Of a stretch of 64,000 nucleotides of DNA, positions 26,957-35,257 are shown piece by piece. Positions within the stretch are counted from its first letter, which is position 1, and every line of letters starts with the position of its first letter. This DNA comes from Bacillota bacterium (lineage in GTDB: Bacteria > Bacillota > Clostridia > Christensenellales > SZUA-584). The notes beneath the pieces are model-generated. The model did not search any database, was not told the origin of the DNA, and was given only the letters and a program-made list of their open reading frames with translations. The position numbers and the translations under genes are program-made. Where the stretch lies: positions 19,640-83,639 of the forward strand of contig JAEWBO010000023.1 of the NCBI GenBank assembly GCA_023391105.1, written 5' to 3'.

Positions 26957-27610
26957 TCAATATGTGTATCTTACATTGAATAATGGATCGTTTTGATATC
27001 TGAAATACACTATTCTTCTATTAAGGTTCGTCAACTCAACAATTTGCTCTTCAATCTTTGACCCGTCCGGTTGAAGTCCAGAAGTCAACTCTGCATTTAA
27101 TTGTGATCCGATTGGCATAATTACTGACAATTGAACTGCGCCTCCAGCTTGCACTTCTAGACCATCAAACGGTAAAACCACTTTGAATTCAAAATCGTTT
27201 GATGCTGGGATAGGGAATATCTTGTAATCATACGACAATCTAAATAGGTTATTCGTACCTGTTATAGGTTCTAAACTTTGCTTTTTCATCATTGAAAGCA
27301 TTAGAAACTTTGATGCATCTTCTAAAGTACCGTCAAAGTTTCCTGATAACGCTTGTTCTTTGATATCTTCTGTGCCTTCCAACAATTTTGTTTCTGACAT
27401 AGGGTACATTAGAAAGTTTGTTGCTTTAAATATGATCTCCGCTGCTGGGTTAGGTGTAACACCAGCAGGAACATACCAATACATTTCTTGTGGTATTGCT
27501 TCGCTGGTTTGTAGTAGTGTTTCTACATGAACTACATCGAATTGTCCTCCGTTGAATCTTGAAGTGTTATGAATTACAGCAGTTAAATCTTGCAAAACAA
27601 TATTTGGCAT
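26957..27610 (-). CDS. hypothetical soluble 217-aa protein (third gene of the TIR cluster)
   Basis: ATG at 27610 with a GAAGGT RBS. There is no TM segment or signal peptide. The sequence looks beta-rich, and I recognise no motif. Confidence 0.6.
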   Translation of the reverse strand: MPNIVLQDLTAVIHNTSRFNGGQFDVVHVETLLQTSEAIPQEMYWYVPAGVTPNPAAEIIFKATNFLMYPMSETKLLEGTEDIKEQALSGNFDGTLEDASKFLMLSMMKKQSLEPITGTNNLFRLSYDYKIFPIPASNDFEFKVVLPFDGLEVQAGGAVQLSVIMPIGSQLNAELTSGLQPDGSKIEEQIVELTNLNRRIVYFRYQNDPLFNVRYTY

Positions 27611-27718
27611 ATAATTACCTTCTTTTTTTAATATCATTATATATCTTACCTTACACCGAGTACCAAAAAGTGGACATTAACAGCGTTATATGTAAGAGTA
27701 TATAATTTTGATATAGTA

Positions 27719-28399
27719 TTAAACTTCTTTCATTATTTCATAATTATCAATACTATCCTGACGTTCATATGCTTTATCAATATAATAGTTAATATTGATA
27801 ATAAAGTTGTCCCATCTAACAGCTTTGATGTAACTGGGTTCTCCAGTCCAGATAGTATCATTATTAATACAGGTTCTTTTACTGCCATCTTTCTCATTGA
27901 ATTTATTCTTCTTAATAATAGTAAAAAGTTTGTTGGTGTAATGCATGGTGCAAGGATTAGAACAACAACTTTTACTTTCTAGATAATATGAGTAGGAATT
28001 ATTACTATCGGGTAACACAACGGCTATCATAGCATTAGTTTTACTTGTAATTGGATTTCCATTTTTATCTTTGCGGCTAGTTGCTTTAACTGAATATGAG
28101 ACTTCCCAAGGTATCCATTGATTTCTTTCTGTTTTATTTGTTTCTTTCATATTGGGCGAAATAAAGACTATTGTTAAGGTACTGTCATAGATTCTATCCC
28201 TAAGTTTTTGCCAGATTGTTTCGTCACTTAATTTGGATAAATCTTCGCCATCAGATTCTCCCTTGAAAATATGATTTGTTGAATCAAGTTTTGATTCAAA
28301 TTCATCAACATAATCGCGGACAGTACAATTTTTCCAATAGTGAATATTGTATACATTATCGTCAGCATACTTATAAGACGTAAATATTTTATGCCCCAT
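27719..28399 (-). CDS. TIR-like (DUF1863/ThsB-type) protein
   Basis: KIFTSYKYADD at the N-terminus, STLTIVFISPN, then WIPWEVSYS with Glu99 at the position of the TIR catalytic Glu. The size and layout resemble Thoeris ThsB proteins. An AGGAGG RBS lies inside the upstream gene. Confidence 0.7.
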   Translation of the reverse strand: MGHKIFTSYKYADDNVYNIHYWKNCTVRDYVDEFESKLDSTNHIFKGESDGEDLSKLSDETIWQKLRDRIYDSTLTIVFISPNMKETNKTERNQWIPWEVSYSVKATSRKDKNGNPITSKTNAMIAVVLPDSNNSYSYYLESKSCCSNPCTMHYTNKLFTIIKKNKFNEKDGSKRTCINNDTIWTGEPSYIKAVRWDNFIININYYIDKAYERQDSIDNYEIMKEV

Positions 28400-28400
28400 T

Positions 28401-28832
28401 TTATTTACCTCCTATTAAAATTGAAAGGATAATAACAATTACTATTAATAATGCAGTCGGAAAGTAAAACCAGAGTTCAGTTGGAGAAAAGAGACTTTGT
28501 AAATAACAGGTTTTTTGTGAATAATTTGATTCAGGTTTTGTAAGATCAAAATTAATGTCTTTTACATTTTCTAACGCACTTCTTTTATATAGTATCCGGT
28601 ATTTTCTTTCAATTTGAAGATAATAAGAATCTAAGCCCCAAAACATAATAGTTGGTATATAAGCAAGAAGGAAGAAAAGCAGATTAGAATTTTTTTCTGA
28701 TAAAATAAGAATTCCAGATATTAAAGTTATTGTCCAACCTTTTAGGGCAAACGAATTATGTGTCATACGATTAATAATATTTTGAATCATTTCTAGATGT
28801 CTTATTTTAGGTTCTAAATTTTCGGAATCCAT
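28401..28832 (-). CDS. small membrane protein (3 predicted TM helices), first gene of the TIR cluster
   Basis: ATG at 28832 behind a GGAGGAA RBS. The hydrophobic helices are TITLISGILIL, LLFFLLAYIPTIMFWGL and LWFYFPTALLIVIVIILSILIGG. The stop lies 1 nt from the TIR gene ATG. Confidence 0.7.
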   Translation of the reverse strand: MDSENLEPKIRHLEMIQNIINRMTHNSFALKGWTITLISGILILSEKNSNLLFFLLAYIPTIMFWGLDSYYLQIERKYRILYKRSALENVKDINFDLTKPESNYSQKTCYLQSLFSPTELWFYFPTALLIVIVIILSILIGGK

Positions 28833-28877
28833 GTTTCCTCCTTGAAGAAGTTTGAATGAAAGTAATATGTTTAGTTT

Positions 28878-28907
28878 ATTATACCACATACTTCCTAAAC
28901 TTTTCAA
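28878..28907 (-). promoter_or_regulatory. promoter of the TM-TIR operon
   Basis: On the minus strand, TTGAAA-18 nt-TATAAT with an extended TGg element, about 45 nt upstream of the ATG. Confidence 0.55.
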
Positions 28908-28972
28908 CATATTCTAACACCATATCCATTATTATGATATAATGTGAGCGATATTTTGTTGGAGGATAGAAA

Positions 28973-29038
28973 ATGGCGTGCCACGTTTTAAGCGTTGCCC
29001 AAAACGATTCAAAATGTTGTTCGTGTGAGTGCCGTTAA
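28973..29038 (+). CDS. candidate 21-aa Cys-rich small ORF (MACHVLSVAQNDSKCCSCECR)
   Basis: A GGAGG RBS sits 7 nt before the ATG. An extended -10 TGaTATAAT lies at 28935-28943. The ORF is divergent from the TM-TIR operon and below the ORF-track size cut-off. Confidence 0.35.
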   Translation: MACHVLSVAQNDSKCCSCECR

Positions 29039-29156
29039 TCCATAATATATCATATATTGCCTCCATATTTAAGAAAGGCAACATATGCCAATAAATTTCT
29101 ATTGTTAAAAAACCAGCGTTCCATAATGTTTTATTTGATGTGTAATAGTAGGCTCA

Positions 29157-29174
29157 TCTAACACTTTTCTAACA
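29157..29174 (+). repeat. TCTAACAC-TTTTCTAACA (candidate arm-type sites, right arm)
   Basis: Near-identical to 17641-17659 in the same orientation, about 150 nt inside attR. Confidence 0.5.
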
Positions 29175-29324
29175 TTTTCTCGTTTTCCGTCCAAAATTGA
29201 AACTTCTGCTCTATAGGCTTTCTTTAATTAATTTCTCTTTATACCCCGATTTTACTTGTGCATTCAAGGCTTTTTCCACTAATAGATAAAAGCCTTTGGA
29301 TACTATTAAAAGATAGCCCCCGTC

Positions 29325-29370
29325 AATGGGGTTCAAGAGGCCGGAGGTTCGAATCCTCTCACCCAGACCA
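29325..29370 (+). repeat. attR (displaced 3' tRNA-Pro fragment)
   Basis: AATGGGGTTCAAGAGGCCGGAGGTTCGAATCCTCTCACCCAGACCA. The two differences from attL are a compensatory pair in the T stem. Confidence 0.85.
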
Positions 29371-29810
29371 CGTCGAAATGGACTACGCTTCGTTCGCTTT
29401 TCGGACGAAGCGTTTCTCTTTATCCGTCCGAAAAGCTCACACGCTCCGTCATTGCTCCTTTTCCACAAAAAGCCGCGTTCGCATCGGCTAAGCGCTTGCA
29501 AGCGCGCGCTTTGACGCCGATTTGCTCACTACCACCTTTTTTGCGGTTGCCGCCTTCGGCGGCGATTGAACCCAAATGTGGGATCCGTTTTCATCTCAGT
29601 CTTTTTCTTTTTCTCATGCAACCCCAAATTTGGCCACCTCTAATTAAACTACTAATGGATTTATACAACTTCTTATTTGCTTAGTATGAGAGCAGGAGAT
29701 AACATATATATCTCGAATATGTTATACTAAATCACAATAAAAAAATGGATATAACACTTGCGGTGTTTCTCCGCACATTCTAACTTCAATATAAAAGGAG
29801 ATAAATTTAT

Positions 29811-31295
29811 ATGATCAATATCCCTGAAGTCAAAATGGGCATTGTGGCCGTCAGCCGTGACTGCTTCCCGATTGATCTGTCCATCGAGAGACGCAAAGCT
29901 GTCATTGAGGCCTGCCAGAGAAAGAACATTTCAATTATCGAAATTGAAACGACGATTGAAAATGAGCATGATACGATGCGTGCGCTTGAAGAGCTGAAGG
30001 AAAAGGGTGTCAACGCGCTTGTTGTGTTTCTTGGTAACTTCGGCCCAGAAGGCCCCGAAACTATGCTGGCGCAGGAGTTTAATGGGCCGTCGATGTTTTG
30101 TGCGGCTGCCGAAGAAAATATCGAGGTGCTCTCGAGCCGCCGCGGAGACGCATACTGCGGCATGCTTAATGCCAGCTATAATTTGAAATTACGCAAGGTC
30201 AACGCATACATACCCGAAAAACCAGTCGGGACGGCTGAGCAAATCGCAGACTTGATTCAAGAGTTCCTGCCGATCTCACGCGCCATTATTGGCGTCAAGG
30301 GTCTCAAAATCATAACATTCGGTCCGCGCCCGTTTGATTTTCTCGCATGCAACGCGCCGATTGCGCCGCTGTTCAAAATCGGTGTCAATGTGCAGGAAAA
30401 TTCCGAGCTTGATCTGTTTGCGGCCTTTAACAAGCTCAAGGATGATCCGCGTATTCCCGCTGTCGTTGCGGATATGGAAAAGGAGCTCAAAGAGGGCAAC
30501 TGCATGCCTGGCATACTGCCCAAACTGGCACAGTTTGAGATCACGCTTCTTGACTGGATAGCCGAAAACAGGGGCGCAGCCAAATATGTCGCGCTGGCCA
30601 ATAAGTGCTGGCCCGCTTTCCAAACGCAGTTCGGGTTCGTGCCGTGCTATGTAAATTCACGCCTGACAGCCAGAGGCATTCCTGTCGCTTGCGAAGTGGA
30701 TATCTACGGCGCACTCAGCGAGTATATCGGCACATGCGTCACAGGTGCACCTGTGACCCTGCTTGATATCAACAACACGGTGCCTGCCGATATGTATGAA
30801 CAGTCAATTAAAGGCAAGCTTGGCTATGGCGACAATGAGGTGTTCATGGGTTTCCATTGTGGTAACACCCCAATCTGCCGCTTGAAGAAAGGTACAATGA
30901 AATATCAGTTGATTATGCACAGAGGACTTGAGCCGGACAAAGAGCCCGATATCACGCGCGGCACGCTCGAAGGCGATATCGCCCCCGATAAGATCACGTT
31001 TTTCCGTCTGCAGGGCAACATCGAATCGCAACTTCAAAGCTATATTGCGGACGGCGAAGTCCTTCCTGTGGACACGCAGTCGTTTGGTGGCATCGGTGTG
31101 TTCGGCATTCCCGAAATGGAACGCTTTTATCGCCACGTATTGATTGAGGACGGCTATCCGCATCACGGTGCTGTGGCATTCGGCAACGTGGGACGACAAA
31201 TATTTGAAGTGATGAAGTCACTCGGCGTTGGGAAGATATCGTTCAACAGACCCAAGGGAAATGACTATCCCACAGAGAATCCATTTATGAAGTAA
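29811..31295 (+). CDS. L-fucose/L-arabinose isomerase-family protein
   Basis: 494 aa with an AAAGGAG RBS. The N-terminal MGIVAVSRDCFP...LVVFLGNFGPE and overall length fit the COG2407-type sugar isomerases. Confidence 0.6.
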   Translation: MINIPEVKMGIVAVSRDCFPIDLSIERRKAVIEACQRKNISIIEIETTIENEHDTMRALEELKEKGVNALVVFLGNFGPEGPETMLAQEFNGPSMFCAAAEENIEVLSSRRGDAYCGMLNASYNLKLRKVNAYIPEKPVGTAEQIADLIQEFLPISRAIIGVKGLKIITFGPRPFDFLACNAPIAPLFKIGVNVQENSELDLFAAFNKLKDDPRIPAVVADMEKELKEGNCMPGILPKLAQFEITLLDWIAENRGAAKYVALANKCWPAFQTQFGFVPCYVNSRLTARGIPVACEVDIYGALSEYIGTCVTGAPVTLLDINNTVPADMYEQSIKGKLGYGDNEVFMGFHCGNTPICRLKKGTMKYQLIMHRGLEPDKEPDITRGTLEGDIAPDKITFFRLQGNIESQLQSYIADGEVLPVDTQSFGGIGVFGIPEMERFYRHVLIEDGYPHHGAVAFGNVGRQIFEVMKSLGVGKISFNRPKGNDYPTENPFMK

Positions 31296-31479
31296 AGCAG
31301 AAACAAAAAGCGCTAAATGGGAGAATCCTGTATGCGGGTGTAAAAGCCGCCGCATGACGACATTCTTGCTGACATTCTCCTTGTGTATTGCATACTTTAC
31401 TGGGTGGGATGTGAAGGGCGAGTTCATCTTGACCCTTGACATCCCATTCAATCATTTCTATGTTTGCTGCCTTCGGCGG

Positions 31480-31581
31480 CGCATTCATCCTCATATCAAT
31501 ATCATCATGGGCATATCTCATTGTGGATTTAATATCTCCGTGTCTGAGCCATGACTGAATCTGCAGCCTGCTAAGATGTGT
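31480..31581 (-). pseudogene. relic of a tyrosine recombinase C-terminus
   Basis: Translates to THLSRLQIQSWLRHGDIKSTMRYAHDDIDMRMNA, which fits the LLGH..I.TT..YAH end of integrases. No upstream catalytic domain remains. Confidence 0.5.
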
Positions 31582-31655
31582 TTGTATTTCATATTGATTT
31601 TGTATGAATATGTTGCTAACATGAGGATGAATCAACATCGAAAGGCTTAAACGAT

Positions 31656-32669
31656 ATGAATCATGAGATATACAAGAGTATACTAAGCTCTTTATATAGC
31701 CATATTGGTATTATTCTTCAGACCCAGATTCAGGATAACGAAGGAGAAAGTACGGCTATCCGTAAACGGCTGTTGGATGCGAATGATCCGCAAGCTGTCA
31801 CCGCATATCAAAACGGTTGTCCGGCTATGGTACGATCAGACAACATATCGACAGTATGGGAGCCGTACTTTCCTGAAGAACGGCTGATTGTGCTGGGAGG
31901 CGGTCATATTGCACTGCCGTTGGTCGATTTCGCATCGAAGACAGGGTTTTCTGTTGTCATCGCCGATGACCGCCCGAGCTTTGCCAACACGCTCCGTTTC
32001 CCCTCTGCGCAATCTGTGCTTTGTGAGAGCTTTGAAAAGGTGTTTGAAAGCCTTCAGGTGACAGCGAGCGACTATGTGGTCATCATCACGCGTGGCCATC
32101 GTTATGATATGCTTTGTATGGAAAAGCTGCTGCAAGGAACCGAGCCGCACTATACGGGCATGATCGGCTCACGCAGGCGCGTGAATGCGTTAAAGGACGC
32201 GATGATTGAACAAGGACATGACAAATATCGTATTAACCGGGTGCATACACCCATTGGTCTGCCTATCGGCGCTGTCACACCGGCGGAAATCGCTGTATCG
32301 ATATTATCAGAGCTTATTGCATGCAAACGTCTCGGTTCCAAGGGTCATGGCCGCCGCGGCGATATTGATATGCAGGTGCTGCGCACATTGGCTGAGGAAA
32401 AGGATGTTCCCAAAGCTGTCGTGACGGTTATCGCTGCGAAGGGCTCGGTACCGCGTGGCCCGGGCGCAAAAATGCTGGTGTATGCCGATCGGCGTATCGT
32501 CGGCAGTGTTGGCGGCGGCTGCAGCGAATCCGAGGTGATTCGCCTCGCACAGCAGCTCATCGGCACAGGCAGATATCTGCTGCACACCGTTGATTTAACT
32601 GCAGAGATTGCGGAAGAGGAAGGCATGGTTTGTGGCGGCGTCATGCAGGTTCTAATCGAAGATTACTAA
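31656..32669 (+). CDS. XdhC-family accessory protein (apparently permuted domain order)
   Basis: The Rossmann part LIVLGGGHIALPLVDFASKTGFSVVIADDRP...ITRGHRYD comes first. The XdhC_CoxI-type motif AAKGSVPRGPGAKMLV...GSVGGGCSESEV follows at the C-terminus. Confidence 0.65.
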   Translation: MNHEIYKSILSSLYSHIGIILQTQIQDNEGESTAIRKRLLDANDPQAVTAYQNGCPAMVRSDNISTVWEPYFPEERLIVLGGGHIALPLVDFASKTGFSVVIADDRPSFANTLRFPSAQSVLCESFEKVFESLQVTASDYVVIITRGHRYDMLCMEKLLQGTEPHYTGMIGSRRRVNALKDAMIEQGHDKYRINRVHTPIGLPIGAVTPAEIAVSILSELIACKRLGSKGHGRRGDIDMQVLRTLAEEKDVPKAVVTVIAAKGSVPRGPGAKMLVYADRRIVGSVGGGCSESEVIRLAQQLIGTGRYLLHTVDLTAEIAEEEGMVCGGVMQVLIEDY

Positions 32670-32694
32670 TCCTGATATTTTTATGTATTTGAAA

Positions 32695-32726
32695 ACAGGC
32701 AGCCGGTGTAGAGAATAACTGCCTGT
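32695..32726. terminator. hairpin terminator closing the long minus-strand operon (also downstream of xdhC)
   Basis: ACAGGCAG-16 nt-CTGCCTGT. On the minus strand it is followed by TTTTC. Confidence 0.55.
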
Positions 32727-32793
32727 CATTTAATCAGAATACCTAAATATGAGTGCCTTTATGTGTTGCCTCTAAGATCGTCCTCAAAGCTTG

Positions 32794-33414
32794 TTAAATA
32801 AAATATTCAATCGTACGTCCTGGCGTCTGCCTCGTATTCTCGTTAAACAGCAGCACCGCTTCGCGAATATCAATTGGCCCAAGTGTATAGGCACCCTTTT
32901 CTTCTTTGTTGAGTATATCGAAAGACACTTTACGGTTCATCTTAGCGGGGGCATCTAAAACCATTTCAATGCCCGGAATTTTAAAAGCCTTTTTTCGAAA
33001 GTACGGGTCAAACATACAGATAGAATTTTGGCTCACACCTGTAAACAGCACATAATGCCAGCAGCCATAGTTGAGCCGTACCACCGCAACCCCTCCCTGC
33101 TGCAGCCCAGCCACAAGCCTGCTGTTTTGGCTCACAAAAACATCAGATCCCGTAAGGAACTCACCGCGTATCGGAAAGTGTTTTACCTTTCCAAACTGAT
33201 TGAGCCAGTTACAAAGAAACATCATGGCCATGCCTGATGTACCGCTTTTGCCAAACTCACCCTTCTCGTTGTAGGCGTCTAGGCTGAAAAGGACAATATG
33301 CTTAATCACATCTGGCGGTATCTCTTCGCGATTGAAAAGATAGCTGATTGCATTTGTTAAAGTGGTGGGACCGCAATCGAACTCGGACGCCTGATAGCTC
33401 AATGGAATTTTCAT
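32794..33414 (-). CDS. papain-fold (C39-like) cysteine peptidase domain protein
   Basis: The motifs Q..EFDCGPTTL (nucleophile Cys), CWHYVLFTG (His) and MFDPY (Asp) appear in the order expected for C39-like peptidases. Confidence 0.5.
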   Translation of the reverse strand: MKIPLSYQASEFDCGPTTLTNAISYLFNREEIPPDVIKHIVLFSLDAYNEKGEFGKSGTSGMAMMFLCNWLNQFGKVKHFPIRGEFLTGSDVFVSQNSRLVAGLQQGGVAVVRLNYGCWHYVLFTGVSQNSICMFDPYFRKKAFKIPGIEMVLDAPAKMNRKVSFDILNKEEKGAYTLGPIDIREAVLLFNENTRQTPGRTIEYFI

Positions 33415-34544
33415 TCTATCTCCTCGTCTTCAGCAATCATCAGTGAAGCAGCCAGTCTTGCACTTTGAATCAGTTCACCCATCGTCGTGTACTCCTCGCA
33501 TGTGTGGCACCCATGCATGCCCGACGCTATAACCAGACCGCTGATTCCGTTTTCTGCGAGATAATTGTTGTCGCTGCCGCCCATGGTTTTTACCATATTT
33601 GTTTGAAGTCCCATCACCTTGCATACGGTTACAAATCGCTTTGCCACCGGAAAATCCAACGATGTTTCATAGGCTTTGCAGCCTGTCGTGGCGTCGAATA
33701 ATAACGACGCGCCAAACGCATCCGCACTCACTGAAAACTGCTGTTTGATCGCTTCCACAAGATCAAGAGCTTTTTGATGAGATAAACTGCGCACCTCTCC
33801 GCGCACGGTGCATTGATCCGGCACAATGTTCGTTGCGCGGCCCCCGTTTATGATGCCGATATTCAACGTTGTGTTGTCATCAACATGCCCCAGCTTCATT
33901 TTGCTGACAGCTTCGGCTGCCGCTGCAATAGCATGAACACCATTCTCGGGCTCAAAGCCCGCATGAGCGGCTTTTCCCGTTATCGCAGCTGTAAAAAGCA
34001 CAATACTGGGAGCGCTGTATGCGGCTGAGCCGATGTCCCCTGACAAGTCAAGAACATATGCCTGCCTCGATTTTATTTGAGTAAAATCAAATTGAGCAGC
34101 ACCTCCGCAATATACTTCTTCTGCAATAGTGAACAATACCTCGATGGGCCGATGGCGAATTCCGTTCTTTGTAACAACGCGCAAAGCTTCCAATATCGCT
34201 GTGATACCCGATATATCATCTGCGCCGAGCACGGTATCTCCCCCGCTAGTGATGCGGCCGCTATCTGAAATTATCGCGCGTTTCCCCGCCGACGGCTCGA
34301 CGGTGTCCATATGGGCACAAAACAGCAGCGGTTCACCAAGCGTTTCTTCTCCCTTGAGATAGCCATAAAGGTTGCCGCATCCGTTTTCATGACCAGCTCC
34401 CGCCCTATCTTCCGAAATAATAAAGCCCATCTCAATAAGCTGATATTTAATGTATTCGCAAATCTTCTTTTCGCCATAAGATGGGCTGCCTATAGTCACC
34501 AGTGCGCAGAACTCATTTTTTAGCCGATCGACGTTGATATCCAT
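33411..34544 (-). CDS. M20-family metallopeptidase (peptidase T-like)
   Basis: The motifs LLFCAHMDTV, GADDISGITAILEAL and FTIAEEV are present. Length is 377 aa. Confidence 0.8.
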   Translation of the reverse strand: MDINVDRLKNEFCALVTIGSPSYGEKKICEYIKYQLIEMGFIISEDRAGAGHENGCGNLYGYLKGEETLGEPLLFCAHMDTVEPSAGKRAIISDSGRITSGGDTVLGADDISGITAILEALRVVTKNGIRHRPIEVLFTIAEEVYCGGAAQFDFTQIKSRQAYVLDLSGDIGSAAYSAPSIVLFTAAITGKAAHAGFEPENGVHAIAAAAEAVSKMKLGHVDDNTTLNIGIINGGRATNIVPDQCTVRGEVRSLSHQKALDLVEAIKQQFSVSADAFGASLLFDATTGCKAYETSLDFPVAKRFVTVCKVMGLQTNMVKTMGGSDNNYLAENGISGLVIASGMHGCHTCEEYTTMGELIQSARLAASLMIAEDEEIE

Positions 34545-34564
34545 ACCGTCTCCAATGTCATTAT

Positions 34565-35257
34565 TTATTTCATATATTTTACCTTACTTCCCAGCCAGAT
34601 GTATAGCTTTCTCTGTTCAGGCAGCATGTCATTTTGATTGTCATGGAAAGTTTGATAAAGCAGGTTAAGATCGTCAAAATGGTCAACGTCGATTTCTTCC
34701 GAAATCATGGAAATGGTATGCCCCGAGTTTTCAAGCTGAGTAAACAGCTGTTTTAACGTACTCTCACAGCTATATTCCACACGGCTCCATATGGTTCTTT
34801 GAATTCGAATATTGGAGCCAAACAGGTAAAACCCACCGTCCGCGCTTGGCCCAATCACGCAGTTGTCAGGCTTAGAAGATAGCTTGTCAACGGTCTCCAG
34901 AATCACTGAAGGCTTGAGCTGCGGGCTGTCTGTCCCAATGAGTATCACTTGCCTATATCGGCTGAACAGCTCTTCAGATATATTGGCGAGGCTTTCCCCC
35001 AGCCCATTTTCTCCGGTCCATAACACCGGAAACAATTTTGTGTTTTTCTGTTCGACAGCTTGCTTTTCAGGCATCGCCCAAAATAGATCAATGGTGCTCC
35101 CAGAAAGCTCTTTGGCTGTCAGCGCGATTTCTTCGACTGCATCAACACTCATACGATAGAACGTCTGCGCGTTTGTCTGCCCAAAATCCACTGCCAGCCT
35201 TGTTTTGACCGGAGATAGCCCCGGAATCTTGGCAAAAATGGCCAATGCTGTTTTCAT
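34565..35257 (-). CDS. DUF2064/TIGR04282-type transferase (rSAM/selenodomain-associated, arsenosugar-type)
   Basis: MKTALAIFAKIPGLSPVKTRLA at the N-terminus and the later ILIGTDSPQL. It is adjacent to the partner genes of that cluster type. Confidence 0.7.
   Translation of the reverse strand: MKTALAIFAKIPGLSPVKTRLAVDFGQTNAQTFYRMSVDAVEEIALTAKELSGSTIDLFWAMPEKQAVEQKNTKLFPVLWTGENGLGESLANISEELFSRYRQVILIGTDSPQLKPSVILETVDKLSSKPDNCVIGPSADGGFYLFGSNIRIQRTIWSRVEYSCESTLKQLFTQLENSGHTISMISEEIDVDHFDDLNLLYQTFHDNQNDMLPEQRKLYIWLGSKVKYMK

Larger units (their letters stand above)
17526..29370. mobile_element. ~11.8-kb integrative mobilizable element inserted in the 3' end of tRNA-Pro
   Basis: 46-nt direct repeats (attL 17526-17571, attR 29325-29370) flank the element. 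int and xis sit next to attL, and Rep and FtsK-like genes follow. The interior is visibly AT-rich relative to the flanks. Confidence 0.85.

Noticed and set aside
29211-29514. 96-aa, 77-aa and 62-aa ORFs spanning attR
   Set aside because: They read through the displaced tRNA fragment and its downstream hairpins, and they have no RBS. They are artefacts of the junction.
31285-31638. 117-aa ORF treated as an intact gene
   Set aside because: Only residues ~20-53 resemble anything (an integrase C-terminus). The rest overlaps the isomerase 3' end and has no start signals. It is recorded as a pseudogene relic instead.
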